Of a stretch of DNA of 64,000 bases, positions 27,569 through 38,570 are shown one piece after another. The stretch lies in contig MGKQ01000020.1 in the NCBI GenBank assembly GCA_001795735.1, positions 52,050-116,049 on the forward strand, in the 5' to 3' direction. Each line of letters starts with the position of its first letter. The stretch's first letter is position 1. The notes below the pieces were generated by a model. The model searched no databases and had not been told where the DNA came from. It saw only the letters and a program-made list of their open reading frames with translations. Made by a program: the position numbers and the translations under genes. This stretch comes from Candidatus Yanofskybacteria bacterium RIFCSPLOWO2_02_FULL_41_13 (lineage in GTDB: Bacteria; Patescibacteriota; Minisyncoccia; 2-02-FULL-40-12; GWA2-44-9).

Positions 27569-28903
27569 ATGCCCCATCGAGACATTGACCTAATTTATCA
27601 GAACACCTCTCAAGTAGAAGCGATAGATCTAGAGGCGGGAGAGAAAGCACTCAAGGAGTATATTGATTTTATTTGGAAAATTGTTCAAAACGGAAAATAT
27701 GACCATCCCGAATCAGTGGTCAACCTTCCGGCCGATGTTAATTTCAGGAACTCTTTACTCCAGAAGGTTCAGGACAGAAAGAACAGTGAGCTGAAGCATA
27801 TAATCATAATTGGTATCGGTGGTTCTAATTTAGGAACGATGGCTCTTTATAGGGCTTTACGGGGAAGGCTCGGTGCTTTTTTGGAGAGCAAAGACCCCAA
27901 AATAGCTTTCGTTGATACCGTTTCACCTCCGCTGGTATCCCAAGTTATAGAACTTTTAAATAACCATATTAACAGTCCCGAAGAATTGTTAGTCAATGTT
28001 ATCAGTAAATCCGGAGAAACGACTGAAACAATTGCTAATTTTGAGGTTATCTATCAAGTTTTAAAGAACCGTTTCGGGGATAAAGTAAATGAACGCATAG
28101 TTTTTACGACCGACAAAGGGTCAAAGCTTTGGAATGAGGCTCAAGCCAAGGGCTTAGATCTCTTGGAAATTCCGAGAAATATAGGGGGGCGATATTCTGT
28201 CTTATCTGGTGTCGGCCTTTTTCCTCTCGGCCTAGCTAATTTTGATATTATTGGTTTTTGGGAGGGTGCAGGGGAGATGGTGACTCGCTGTGTTAATCGG
28301 GAAGTTTATCAGAATCCTGCACTTCTTTCAGCAATTCTAACCTATGTTAATTACACCAGAGGCTTCAATATTTATAACAGTTTTTATTTTAATCCGGAGC
28401 TTAAGTCATTGGGAAAGTGGCATACTCAGTTGATGGCTGAGAGTATCGCCAAGGAGTTTAATTTAAACGGCGAGAAAGTAAATATCGGCATTACGCCGAT
28501 TGTCTCCATCGGTTCTATTGACCTGCACTCTATGGCCACGTTATTTTTAGGAGAGCCGAAAAACAAGTTAACCCAATTTATTCATGCCGCTCAGAAAGAA
28601 AATTCTCCACAAGTCCCGGCTGATTTATTTATGCCCGGCCTAGTTCCGGACATAGCCAATAAGAGTCTGGCTGATATAATGGGTGCTATATATTATGGAG
28701 TCAAGATCGCTTATTTAAAAAACGCTTTGCCATATTCAGAAATAGTTATGCATGAGATTTCCGAAAATTCTCTCGGTCAGTATGTTCAGTTTAAGATATG
28801 TGAGACTATGTATTTGGCCAGATTGCTTGGCCTAAACGCATTTGATCAGCCGAAGGTCGAGGATTATAAGAGAGAAACAAGAGAGATTCTTAAAAAATTA
28901 TAA
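27569..28903 (+). CDS. pgi: Glucose-6-phosphate isomerase
   Basis: IGIGGSNLG, SKSGETTET, GGRYSVLS, QLMAES, FDQPKVE. Confidence 0.92.
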   Translation: MPHRDIDLIYQNTSQVEAIDLEAGEKALKEYIDFIWKIVQNGKYDHPESVVNLPADVNFRNSLLQKVQDRKNSELKHIIIIGIGGSNLGTMALYRALRGRLGAFLESKDPKIAFVDTVSPPLVSQVIELLNNHINSPEELLVNVISKSGETTETIANFEVIYQVLKNRFGDKVNERIVFTTDKGSKLWNEAQAKGLDLLEIPRNIGGRYSVLSGVGLFPLGLANFDIIGFWEGAGEMVTRCVNREVYQNPALLSAILTYVNYTRGFNIYNSFYFNPELKSLGKWHTQLMAESIAKEFNLNGEKVNIGITPIVSIGSIDLHSMATLFLGEPKNKLTQFIHAAQKENSPQVPADLFMPGLVPDIANKSLADIMGAIYYGVKIAYLKNALPYSEIVMHEISENSLGQYVQFKICETMYLARLLGLNAFDQPKVEDYKRETREILKKL

Positions 28904-29011
28904 ATTTGTTTAATTTTCAATTATCAATTCTCAATTTTCATTGAATTTTCAATGCATCAATGATCCATTAGGAAATTTATTGTAAATTGCAAATTGAAAA
29001 TTGATAGTAAT

Positions 29012-29350
29012 ATGTACGGAGGACTATTTTTACTTCGTCTGGCAGTCGGTTCGATATTTATTGTTCATGCCATACCGAAATTAAAGGAACCTAAAACTAT
29101 GGCTACGGGCATGGGATGGACCCTTAATCAGGTTCTAGGGCTTGGCATAATTGAATTTATTTCCGGTCTTGCTCTTATCGGCGGTGTTGGCATTAAAACG
29201 GTGTCATTCGTCTTGGCGATTGTTATGTTTGGAGCAATTTACCACAAGATTAAAAAATGGCATGTGCCGTTTATGTCTCATAATGGTACCGGTTGGGAAT
29301 TTGACATGCTTCTTCTGGCGGCGAACCTGACTCTATATTTTAAATTCTAA
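29012..29350 (+). CDS. DoxX-family membrane protein
   Basis: LLRLAVGSIFIVHAIPKL, GWEFDMLL. Confidence 0.85.
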   Translation: MYGGLFLLRLAVGSIFIVHAIPKLKEPKTMATGMGWTLNQVLGLGIIEFISGLALIGGVGIKTVSFVLAIVMFGAIYHKIKKWHVPFMSHNGTGWEFDMLLLAANLTLYFKF

Positions 29351-29393
29351 ACAGCCTTTTAACTTTAGGATTTTTTTGATACCATATTTATCT

Positions 29394-29618
29394 ATGATTC
29401 GTATCTATACGACACCTGTTTGCGCTTATTGCAAGATGGCTAAGGAATATTTTAAGTCGAAGGATCTTCAGTATGAGGAGATTGCCTTAGTCGGCAATCC
29501 TGATGCCCAGCAGCTGGTGATGTCTAAGGCCGGTATGGTGGCCGCACCAATCATTGAAATTAATGGTCGTTTCGTGGTAGGGTTTAACCGTGAAGAGATC
29601 AATAAGGCATTGGGATGA
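29394..29618 (+). CDS. Glutaredoxin/NrdH-like protein
   Basis: YTTPVCAYC, APIIEING...VGF. Confidence 0.85.
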   Translation: MIRIYTTPVCAYCKMAKEYFKSKDLQYEEIALVGNPDAQQLVMSKAGMVAAPIIEINGRFVVGFNREEINKALG

Positions 29619-29754
29619 TTACTATTTACCATTTACCAGTTGCCATTTCCCAATAATTTACCATTTAATCATTAAATCATTTTCTAAAAACGTACAAATG
29701 AATTAATGATAAATCAATGGAAATTGGAAAATGATAAGTGGAAATTTATTTTTT

Positions 29755-30393
29755 ATGGACAACAACTTGGAAACAAAAAACGAATACTTTATGAAGAAGC
29801 AAGAGAGGGATGAGATGGTTCGGGTAGAGAAGAAGAAAAAAATGACAAAAAAGACGATTCAGTTATTTGTCATCCTAGCGATAATCGGCGCTTTAGCCTG
29901 GCCAATCTACAGTTACTTTAATAAAGCAGTCGAACAGGCTAACAAGCCATTACCTGGTGAATATTTTGTAGCGCAATCCCGTGATCATATTACCGTAGGC
30001 CAGAAGCATGAGATATATAATTCTAACCCTCCAACCGGAGGCTGGCACTATGCTCAACCGGCTCAAAGCGGTATTTATGACAAAGAATTTCCGGATGAAC
30101 AATTGATCCACAACTTGGAGCATAGCCATGTCTGGATTGCTTATCGTCCCGATTTATCACCGGATCAGGTTGAAAAGTTAGCCGATATCGCCAAAGAGTA
30201 CGGTTCTAAAATTATTATGACTCCTCGCGTCGCTAATGATTCACCGATCGCTTTGGTGGCCTGGGAACGTTTATTAAAGATGGATAGTGTTGACGAGGTT
30301 TTGGCGAGAGAGTTTGTAGATGCTTATCGCGGTACGGCTGGACCAGAGAAAATAGCCGATTTTGGTTTTAAAGATTTCCGAATCGGCAAGTAG
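29755..30393 (+). CDS. DUF3105-family membrane-anchored protein
   Basis: YNSNPPTGGWHY, HNLEHSHVWIAY, IALVAW. Confidence 0.8.
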   Translation: MDNNLETKNEYFMKKQERDEMVRVEKKKKMTKKTIQLFVILAIIGALAWPIYSYFNKAVEQANKPLPGEYFVAQSRDHITVGQKHEIYNSNPPTGGWHYAQPAQSGIYDKEFPDEQLIHNLEHSHVWIAYRPDLSPDQVEKLADIAKEYGSKIIMTPRVANDSPIALVAWERLLKMDSVDEVLAREFVDAYRGTAGPEKIADFGFKDFRIGK

Positions 30394-30435
30394 AGTGAAA
30401 ATTATTTAGTAAGATAAGGAGCCCCGGGGGCTCCT

Positions 30436-30846
30436 TTAATTTACTTTGTTATTCTGCGGCGGCATTAATGTACAGCCGTTTACTGATATACTTTTGGTCT
30501 GGCTTAGCCATAAAATGCGCTGATCTTGAGGTATGCTCTCATCATTTATGTAAATCTCAAGAAATAAGCCAACTATTATCTGGCCGGATGCTATCATCGA
30601 AGTCCATTGGTTTGCCTTACTGCCCTCGATAAAAACTTCGGTACGGGCGGTAATATGGCGACCATTGCTTGTAGCTTCGGCCAGTCTTTCCGCCGGATTC
30701 TTGATTAAGAAAGTATATACAGTATTTAAGGTCCGAACCTTAACCACATCTCCGACTGCCAGTTGATCAACGGAGATACCCCCTGTTTTATTTACTGCCT
30801 CTATGAGTGAATCAAGGCTAAAAGCTTTTTTCTTATCTTCTGGCAT
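30436..30846 (-). CDS. Hypothetical protein
   Basis: SD GGAGGTG upstream; 136-aa ORF. Confidence 0.65.
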   Translation of the reverse strand: MPEDKKKAFSLDSLIEAVNKTGGISVDQLAVGDVVKVRTLNTVYTFLIKNPAERLAEATSNGRHITARTEVFIEGSKANQWTSMIASGQIIVGLFLEIYINDESIPQDQRILWLSQTKSISVNGCTLMPPQNNKVN

Positions 30847-31039
30847 AAGTCACCTCCAACCAAAATACTGATATAATTATACATCCCATATCCAGACAAG
30901 TCAATGTTTACCGGAAGAGCGTAAATATTCAAGTCTGCAAGGAGCTGAAAAAGTTTTTTAGGTAAGAAAAAACCGCCATTATCGGCGGCGGCATTGCAAC
31001 CCCTGTTTTTCATACGTGCCGGAGTAAAAAACTAGAGGC

Positions 31040-32236
31040 CTAGAGTATCTTAAAGACTTCATCCAGTTCTGCGATTAATTTGTTCATGTCCCCTAAACTT
31101 ACCGAGAGCCGAACCAGCTCCTGGGGTATGTTAACTTGGAGTAGCTCCTGAGGGGATAGCTTGCTGTGAGTAGTTGAGGCGGGATGAATGATTAGATTTT
31201 CGTTCTCATCTCCAAGATGCGGTGCCATGCGTGCAAGGCACAAAGATTCTACCAGCTTGCAGGCGGCTTCAAAGCTCTGCATTTCAAAGGACAATAAACC
31301 GCCGCCTCCCGTCATTTGCTGACGGGCCAGAGTATACTGCGGATTTCCGGAAAGGAATGGATAGTGAACCTTCTTAACTTTGGGATGTCGCTCAAGGAAC
31401 TCGGCTACCTCTAAAGCGTTTTTTGAGAATAAATCCATATCCCTAGATAGGGTAGTGCGATTCAAAAAAGTAAGATAGGCAGAAAGCGGGTGCATAATCG
31501 CGCCGGTTGAAACATGATAATCGTTTAGAATTTTTTCTGTTTCTTCCAAGAAACGAGGAGAACCGATCAGTGCACCGCCCATCCCGGTGGATTGTCGGTT
31601 AAGAGCCTTGGTAACGGAATAGAGTACGGCATCAGCTCCCAGTTTCAATGGTTTTTGTAAAATTGGCGCTACCGTGTTGTCCACCACTAGAAATGTATTG
31701 TAACGGTGTGCAATTTTAGCAATAGCTTCTATGTCAAAAATATCTATTGTAGGATTAGCTGGCGTTTCCATGAAGACAAAGGCTGCGCCCGGGCTTATGG
31801 CTTTTTCCCAGGACGACAGATCAAAAGGATTATCTACGAAAACAATTTCATAACCGTGATCATTGTGCCACAGTTGTAATTGGTGAAAACTCCCCCCGTA
31901 AATATAAGAAGAGACCACCACTCGCTTTCCTCTGCCTAACGACTTGGCAGTTAAACCCAAGAATAAAAGAACTAGAGCCGATAGCCCTGTGCTTGTTGCC
32001 CATACAGAGCCTTCTTTGACCTCCTCTACGCTTGCTAGCCAATGTTCGAAGGCAGTAACTGTGGGGTTGCCCATTCGCCCATAGGCGTAACCGCAGGCAG
32101 GATCGTCAAAAATTTTAGCTCCCTGATGCACGGTGTCAAACCCATAGGATACCCCCAAATAAAGCGGCGGAACGATACTATGAAAAGGATCACGAATTTT
32201 ATTTGGCACGAGTTGCTCCTTATTTTTAAAAAACAT
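31040..32236 (-). CDS. PLP-dependent trans-sulfuration enzyme (MetZ/MetB-like)
   Basis: YGRMGNPT, ETPANPT, VVDNT, YSVTK (PLP lysine), IHPASTTH. Confidence 0.88.
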   Translation of the reverse strand: MFFKNKEQLVPNKIRDPFHSIVPPLYLGVSYGFDTVHQGAKIFDDPACGYAYGRMGNPTVTAFEHWLASVEEVKEGSVWATSTGLSALVLLFLGLTAKSLGRGKRVVVSSYIYGGSFHQLQLWHNDHGYEIVFVDNPFDLSSWEKAISPGAAFVFMETPANPTIDIFDIEAIAKIAHRYNTFLVVDNTVAPILQKPLKLGADAVLYSVTKALNRQSTGMGGALIGSPRFLEETEKILNDYHVSTGAIMHPLSAYLTFLNRTTLSRDMDLFSKNALEVAEFLERHPKVKKVHYPFLSGNPQYTLARQQMTGGGGLLSFEMQSFEAACKLVESLCLARMAPHLGDENENLIIHPASTTHSKLSPQELLQVNIPQELVRLSVSLGDMNKLIAELDEVFKIL

Positions 32237-32397
32237 AGTCGCCCCCAATCATATCTCAAAAAGTTAAATCTGTCAACATTCGCGACTCGTTTTACGTTGG
32301 GGAAGCTAGGGAAGGTGGACAGATTTTAGGTTACTAGTTGATTAGTCCTTATCCTTCGAGGCATTTTTATTTTATCCGAGATTGCTATAATTGGTTA

Positions 32398-33669
32398 ATG
32401 ACTTACTGGTGGAAGAATACCGTTATCTATGAAGTCTATGTAGATAAATTTGCCAAAAATTTCCGTGGTATGACGGAAAAATTAGATTACCTAAAAGAGC
32501 TTGGCATTGATTGCATCTGGTTATTACCTCATTATCCTTCGCCGATGGTTGATGGCGGATATGATATTTCAGATTATATGAATATCAGACCGGAGCTGGG
32601 GACGCTTGACGATTTTTCTAATTTTATAAACAAGGTACACAAAATGGGTATTCGGGTGATTATAGATTTTGTATTGAACCACGTTTCCATCGAGCATCCC
32701 TGGTTTAAGGAAGCATCATCGTCAAAACGAAACTCCAAGAGAGATTATTTTCTTTGGTCAGAAACCGGAAAAGAGTTTAGCTTGGCCTATAACCCATTTT
32801 CCCACATGACTGAGGGCAATTGGAAGTTCAATAAAAAAACAGGCGATTATTATTATGCTACTTTTTTTGACGAGCAGGCAGATTTAAACTGGGACAATCC
32901 TGAAGTTTTCAGCGAGTGCATTAAAATCATAGACTTTTGGGCCAAGTTAGGTGTAGACGGTTTTCGGCTTGACGCAGTCGGCCATCTTTTAAAAAGAGAG
33001 GGAACGGATTGCCGACATTTGCCGGAAGTCCATCAGATATTAAAAAAATTAAGATCATATTTAGATAAAAACTGGCCTGGAGTTGTTTTTCTGGCTGAAG
33101 CCGGCGGACGTTACCGGGAAACTATGGCATATTTTGGAAATGGCGATGAGTGCCACCTAGTTTTTCATTTTGGCTTGATGTCTTATATCCACCTCGCTTT
33201 TAAAAGAAATGATTTCTCAATTCTTAAAAAAATAGTAAATGAATCTTCTAATATTCCAGAAAACTGCCAATGGGCTACATTTATAAGTAATCACGACGAG
33301 ATAACGTTTACACCTCTGGACAAGCCGGAGAGGGAAGAGATGGTTTCTTGGCTTGACCCCGAAAACAAATACTCCTTTAGGGGTGGAAGAGGAGTATCAA
33401 TGAGAATCGCCACTATTTTTAGGGGGGATAAAAATAAGATAGTGGATATTTTTAAAACTTTATTCAGTTTGTCCGGTTCGCCGGTGATTTATTATGGTTC
33501 GGAGATAGGCATGGAAAATATAAAATTAGATAAAAAACCAATTGATAGCCGTAAATATGTTCGTGGAGATTTTGATTGGGATGAGGCCGATAAACAGATA
33601 AAAGATCCCAGCTCTCTTTATAATAAAATAAAAGGTATTATCTTCGGTAGAACATTAAACAGCAGATAA
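32398..33669 (+). CDS. GH13 alpha-amylase-family enzyme (trehalose synthase/alpha-glucosidase-like)
   Basis: DGGYDISDY, DFVLNH, DGFRLDAV, LAEA, SNHDE. Confidence 0.88.
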   Translation: MTYWWKNTVIYEVYVDKFAKNFRGMTEKLDYLKELGIDCIWLLPHYPSPMVDGGYDISDYMNIRPELGTLDDFSNFINKVHKMGIRVIIDFVLNHVSIEHPWFKEASSSKRNSKRDYFLWSETGKEFSLAYNPFSHMTEGNWKFNKKTGDYYYATFFDEQADLNWDNPEVFSECIKIIDFWAKLGVDGFRLDAVGHLLKREGTDCRHLPEVHQILKKLRSYLDKNWPGVVFLAEAGGRYRETMAYFGNGDECHLVFHFGLMSYIHLAFKRNDFSILKKIVNESSNIPENCQWATFISNHDEITFTPLDKPEREEMVSWLDPENKYSFRGGRGVSMRIATIFRGDKNKIVDIFKTLFSLSGSPVIYYGSEIGMENIKLDKKPIDSRKYVRGDFDWDEADKQIKDPSSLYNKIKGIIFGRTLNSR

Positions 33670-33790
33670 CTTTTACTAAATTTCCCAGCCCTCACCCGTC
33701 TTTGACTTAATCCTATTTGTATAGTATAATAATAGCTAGCATTATTCGGCTATATATATTATAATCATACCCTTGGGCTAACCTCTATAA

Positions 33791-35008
33791 ATGGGCAATC
33801 CTTATAAAAAACAAGTAGAGACTGAAATAGAAAAAGGCAAGAGTCTATCCATAATTAGTTTGGTCAGTTCTTTAATTAACTATGCCAACAGCATCGGTGC
33901 TTCGGATATCCATATAGATAAAAAAGAAGAATCCGTATCGATAAGATTTCGTATAGACGGCGTATTAAAAGAGATGTTCAATCTGCCCAAGGAGATGCAC
34001 TCTGAAGTCATCAGCCGAATAAAAATCTTATCGGGCTTAAGAACCGATGAACATCAGACTACTCAGGATGGAAGATTTCGCATGAACAGCGAAGATTCTG
34101 GCGTAGTCGATGTCAGGGTGGCTACCAGTCCGGCTTATCGTGGCGAGAGTGCCGTTCTTCGTCTTTTGACCGATAAGGCGGCGATGTTCAGTCTTGATAA
34201 TCTAGGTTTCAGCAAAGAAAACCAGGTCAAAATACTAGATGCGATAAAAAAACCCTATGGCATGATACTTGCTACCGGTCCGACCGGTTCAGGCAAAACG
34301 ACCTCTCTGTATACTATTTTAAAGCTTCTTAATACTGATGATGTGTCTATTATCACTATTGAAGATCCTATTGAGTATGCAATGGAAAATATCAGGCAGA
34401 TCCCGGTTAACGTCAGAACCGGCCTTACATTCAGTACCGGGTTACGTTCGATATTAAGACAGGACCCCGATATTATAATGGTCGGAGAAATAAGAGATGA
34501 AGATACTGCCGGTCTTGCCGTTAATACTGCTCTTACCGGCCACTTGCTCTTATCGACTCTGCATACCAACGATGCGGCTACGACTTTGCCAAGACTTTTT
34601 GACATGAAGATAGAACCATACTTAGTAGCCTCAACGGTAAATGTTGCCATGGGACAAAGGTTAGTCAGAAAGATATGCGAGAAATGCAAGAAGCCGCATA
34701 TTTTGACCGAAGCCGAGGTAAAAAGCCTTGCCTTAAGCGGAATAAACATCCCGGCCAGTAGAAAGTTTTTTAAAGGTTTAGGTTGCGAAGATTGTAATGG
34801 AACCGGATACGAAGGTAGAATAGGGATTCATGAAGTAATGCTGATGGACAATGATTTAAGACAGGCAATTTTAAATAAAGAATCAGCCGATACGATCAAA
34901 AAGATTGCTGTTAAGAACGGAATGACAACGATGATTGAGGACGGGTTTAATAAGGCCGGGCAGGGGATTACTACGGCAGAAGAAGTTTTACGGGTAATTC
35001 ACGAATAA
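33791..35008 (+). CDS. pilB: Type IV pilus assembly ATPase (PilB/GspE)
   Basis: ASDIHI, GPTGSGKTT, TIEDPIEY, LRQDPDIIMVGEIRD, STLHTNDA, two CxxC. Confidence 0.92.
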   Translation: MGNPYKKQVETEIEKGKSLSIISLVSSLINYANSIGASDIHIDKKEESVSIRFRIDGVLKEMFNLPKEMHSEVISRIKILSGLRTDEHQTTQDGRFRMNSEDSGVVDVRVATSPAYRGESAVLRLLTDKAAMFSLDNLGFSKENQVKILDAIKKPYGMILATGPTGSGKTTSLYTILKLLNTDDVSIITIEDPIEYAMENIRQIPVNVRTGLTFSTGLRSILRQDPDIIMVGEIRDEDTAGLAVNTALTGHLLLSTLHTNDAATTLPRLFDMKIEPYLVASTVNVAMGQRLVRKICEKCKKPHILTEAEVKSLALSGINIPASRKFFKGLGCEDCNGTGYEGRIGIHEVMLMDNDLRQAILNKESADTIKKIAVKNGMTTMIEDGFNKAGQGITTAEEVLRVIHE

Positions 35009-35009
35009 A

Positions 35010-36074
35010 GTGTTTAAAAACCTTTTCACAAAGCTATCGCTGAAAGATCAGGTCTTATTTACTAAGAGATTAGCTTTTTTAATACGGGCCGATGTCCCGA
35101 TATTAGAAAGCCTCAAGATGATGCAGAGGCAGACCAGGTCTAGGGCTCGGGCTAAAATACTTGATAAAGTTGTCGAGGATGTTTCAAACGGTCAGTATTT
35201 GTCAGCAAGTCTGTCTCGCTATAACAATACATTCGGTGAATTTGCTATCAATATTATTAAAGTCGGCGAAGAGGGCGGTATTTTGGATAAAAATCTTGAG
35301 TATTTGGCCGAAGAGTTAAAAAAACGACACGAGCTCAAAAAGAAAGTAATTGGCGCCATGATCTATCCTATTTTTATAACCGTAGCCACTTTAGGCATAA
35401 CCGGCATCATAACAACTTATGTTTTTCCCAAGATAATGCCGATTTTTAACAGTCTGGGCGCTAATCTTCCCCCGACCACCAGATTACTTATAGCCATGAG
35501 CAACTTTCTAGTACACTATGGAATCTTTGTAATTTTTGGCGTTATTGCGGCGGGCATTCTTCTGATTCTGGCTTATAAAAAGATTAAACCTTTCAATTAT
35601 GCGGTGAGCCGTATTTTTCTTGCCGTGCCTATATTCGGCCACTTGGCCTTAAGCTATCAGATGGCTAATTTCTGCCGTACTTTCGGCTTGCTTTTGAATT
35701 GTAATTTAGGCATTGTTACCGCCGCCAATATTACCGCTAACTCAACCACTAATCTGGTGTACAAAAGAGAGATTTACAAATTAGCCGAAGAAATATCCAA
35801 GGGTAGGAAAATTTCCCAACATTTAGATACTAGTCCGACCTTATTCCCCGAAATGGTCCCGCAGTTAGTCGCTATCGGTGAGACAACCGGAAATCTCGGC
35901 AAGACACTTCTTTATTTAAGCGATCATTATGAAGCGGAAGTCAATGATCTTACTAAAAACCTTTCAAGCGCCATAGAGCCGGTATTATTAGTGTTCATGG
36001 GAGTAATTGTCGGATTCGTGGCGGTTTCCGTCATCACTCCTATTTACGAATTAACTCAAAATCTTCACCCGTAA
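35010..36074 (+). CDS. pilC: Type IV pilus platform protein (PilC/GspF)
   Basis: GEEGG.L, AMIYP, GETTGNL, IEP motifs. Confidence 0.9.
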   Translation: MFKNLFTKLSLKDQVLFTKRLAFLIRADVPILESLKMMQRQTRSRARAKILDKVVEDVSNGQYLSASLSRYNNTFGEFAINIIKVGEEGGILDKNLEYLAEELKKRHELKKKVIGAMIYPIFITVATLGITGIITTYVFPKIMPIFNSLGANLPPTTRLLIAMSNFLVHYGIFVIFGVIAAGILLILAYKKIKPFNYAVSRIFLAVPIFGHLALSYQMANFCRTFGLLLNCNLGIVTAANITANSTTNLVYKREIYKLAEEISKGRKISQHLDTSPTLFPEMVPQLVAIGETTGNLGKTLLYLSDHYEAEVNDLTKNLSSAIEPVLLVFMGVIVGFVAVSVITPIYELTQNLHP

Positions 36075-36084
36075 TTTATACTAA

Positions 36085-36516
36085 ATGATTCATAATTCAT
36101 CTGAACGAGGTTTTACTTTTGTTGAAATTCTTGTCGTTATGGCCATTGTGGCTTTTTTTGCTGTTATAGGTATTTTTATGAGCGGAGATATGTATCACTC
36201 AACTTCTTTTCAATCCGATATAAATGCCTTGGCTACTTCTTTACAGAGAGCTCGCAGTCAGGCAATAAATAATATTAATGAGAAGGCTCATGGAGTTAAG
36301 ATTTTAGGAGGGGACTATATAATTTTTGAGGGCAATACATATTCCGGCAGCGGAGAAGTAATTAAAGGTAATTCTAATTTTATATTTATCGGACCTGATG
36401 AGGTAGTTTTTGAGCAGTTATCCGGTGATTGTCCGCTTTGCGCAGATATAACAGTTTCCTACGAAAATAAAATAGCCATTATTCCAATGAACATAAAAGG
36501 AAGAATCGACTGGTAA
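36085..36516 (+). CDS. Type IV (minor) pilin
   Basis: Prepilin motif RG/FTFVEILVV. Confidence 0.88.
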   Translation: MIHNSSERGFTFVEILVVMAIVAFFAVIGIFMSGDMYHSTSFQSDINALATSLQRARSQAINNINEKAHGVKILGGDYIIFEGNTYSGSGEVIKGNSNFIFIGPDEVVFEQLSGDCPLCADITVSYENKIAIIPMNIKGRIDW

Positions 36517-36524
36517 TTTAATTC

Positions 36525-38051
36525 ATGTATCAAAAATCAAAAATCAAAAATCAAAAATTGTTACAGAAAGGTTTTTCCACCCTTGAGCTTCTAATCGCCA
36601 CGGCCATACTTCTAACCGCAATATCGGGGATGATTTTAGTTGTTTTCGGAAACCAAACCGTATCCTTAGATAGTCAGGTCAATAACGAAGCCATTATAAA
36701 AGCCAATGATTTGGTTGAGCAGGCTCGTGCTTCGGCCAGTGTTGATTTTAATTCTCTTGCAGACTCTTCAGACTATGATTTCTTTCGGCAGGAACTTCTG
36801 GTAAATAATGTTAATAACTGTAAAAAAACAGGCATTGCCAGCGTTTCGTGGTCAACTGATGCCAATCGTCCGCAACTTATAAATATCAAAACAACTTTCA
36901 CTAACTTTTCCGAAGCCATTGCTCTGGGTGGAGATTGCGGACCGGATAATCCGCCTCCGACCGGCTGGGAAAATATTATATGCGAGAATCCGGGTGCGCC
37001 GTCTTGGGATTTTTCGCCATCCGGTATTCCGGCCACCGGAATTGAAATTAAAAAGAGCGGTACGAGTACCTATGCAATCATAACCGGGGACGGTTCTTCT
37101 GCGGGGCAAAATGATTTTTGGGTGGTTAATGTAACCAGTCGGGCTTTACTGGGAGTATCTCCCGTTTCGATTAATACAAGCTCGGGACTAAACGACGTTG
37201 ATGTTGTTGGAAACTACGCTTTTGTTACAAATAACGATACGACTAAACAGCTTCGAGTAGTTGATATATCGACTCTTACGGCTCCAGTAGAAATTCTTTC
37301 TGCTTCCAGGTCATTTAACGCCGTCGGTGCAGGATCGGAGGGAGGAAAAATATTTTATCACAACAATAAGGTATATGTTGGTTCTAAGGGTTACATGGTT
37401 AGCTATAATGAACTTCAGATTTTTGATGTAACCGATCCGACGAATCCCAGTCTAAATCCGATAGGAAGTCATAATGTTAATCATATAATTTATGATATTG
37501 AAGTTAGAAATGAGGTCGTGGGCGGTACCGCCAAAACATTAGCCTATCTTGCCGTTTCTGATTCCGTCGGGAACAAGCCCAAGCTGATAGTTCTTGATGT
37601 GACTATTCCTGCTTCAATAACCCCACTAGGTTCAGGTTACAATCCCGTTCCCAATGCCGCTCTATACGGAACTGTCTTGGATGTTCTGGGTAATAAAGTT
37701 TATCTGGGGAGGCAGAGAGGTACGGGTAGCAATCATGATCTATTCTCGTTAAATATAAATGATCCAAGCGCGGTTTCTCTTTCGGACTCAGCTCTTTTAG
37801 CAATGGGTCCCGGTACTGAAGCAAGGGGATTAATAGCTTCCGGACCGATTCTATTTTTAATAACTACGGATAATAACGATGGATTTCAGGCATGGAATAT
37901 AAGTGATCCGGCTGATATTAGCGTGATAGATACATGTAAATATCCTCAGGAAGCTTTAGATATGGAATATGACGGCAACTTTATCTACGTAGTTAATAAA
38001 AGTCAGGATGCTTTGCGTATTATCTATGATAACGCAAATCCATTCCCATAA
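36525..38051 (+). CDS. Pilin-like protein with large beta-rich (LVIVD-like) domain, possible tip adhesin
   Basis: KG/FSTLELL; repeated LRVVDIS/LQIFDVTDP/LIVLDVT motifs. Confidence 0.82.
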   Translation: MYQKSKIKNQKLLQKGFSTLELLIATAILLTAISGMILVVFGNQTVSLDSQVNNEAIIKANDLVEQARASASVDFNSLADSSDYDFFRQELLVNNVNNCKKTGIASVSWSTDANRPQLINIKTTFTNFSEAIALGGDCGPDNPPPTGWENIICENPGAPSWDFSPSGIPATGIEIKKSGTSTYAIITGDGSSAGQNDFWVVNVTSRALLGVSPVSINTSSGLNDVDVVGNYAFVTNNDTTKQLRVVDISTLTAPVEILSASRSFNAVGAGSEGGKIFYHNNKVYVGSKGYMVSYNELQIFDVTDPTNPSLNPIGSHNVNHIIYDIEVRNEVVGGTAKTLAYLAVSDSVGNKPKLIVLDVTIPASITPLGSGYNPVPNAALYGTVLDVLGNKVYLGRQRGTGSNHDLFSLNINDPSAVSLSDSALLAMGPGTEARGLIASGPILFLITTDNNDGFQAWNISDPADISVIDTCKYPQEALDMEYDGNFIYVVNKSQDALRIIYDNANPFP

Positions 38052-38054
38052 TTC

Positions 38055-38570
38055 ATGACCCATAATTCAAGATTCAAAATTCTAGATTCTAAATTCAATA
38101 TTCTAAATTCTTCCGAGAAAGGCACCACCCTAATCGAGGTTCTAATATACATAACCTTGCTTGGTTTTATCATGTCTGCCTCGCTAGTCTCGGTTTACCA
38201 GATTTTAAATTACAGTGATACCGCATCAGCCAAGACTTCGGTTGAACAGGAGGCCGCTTTTATTATTTCTAAAATCAAATGGGTGTTGAATGATGTCGAT
38301 AGCATAACCTCCCCGGCTGCCAATAGCTCAGGCTCCTCGCTGGTAATTATAAAGGGCGGAGTTCAGACAACTCTAACCTTCTCCGGCAACAATATAACTA
38401 TTCAGGAGGGTATGGTGGGTACGGTCTTACTTCTAAATTCAGGCAGAATTGCTATTTCAGGCTTAAACTTTCAGCATATCCAACAAACAGGTGCTATGAC
38501 CGTCGACACTATCAAGGCTTCCTTCTCCGCCAACGGTAAATATTTTGAAGTTCAACGATTTGTAAGATGA
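38055..38570 (+). CDS. Type IV minor pilin (PilW-like)
   Basis: KG/TTLIEVLIY. Confidence 0.85.
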   Translation: MTHNSRFKILDSKFNILNSSEKGTTLIEVLIYITLLGFIMSASLVSVYQILNYSDTASAKTSVEQEAAFIISKIKWVLNDVDSITSPAANSSGSSLVIIKGGVQTTLTFSGNNITIQEGMVGTVLLLNSGRIAISGLNFQHIQQTGAMTVDTIKASFSANGKYFEVQRFVR

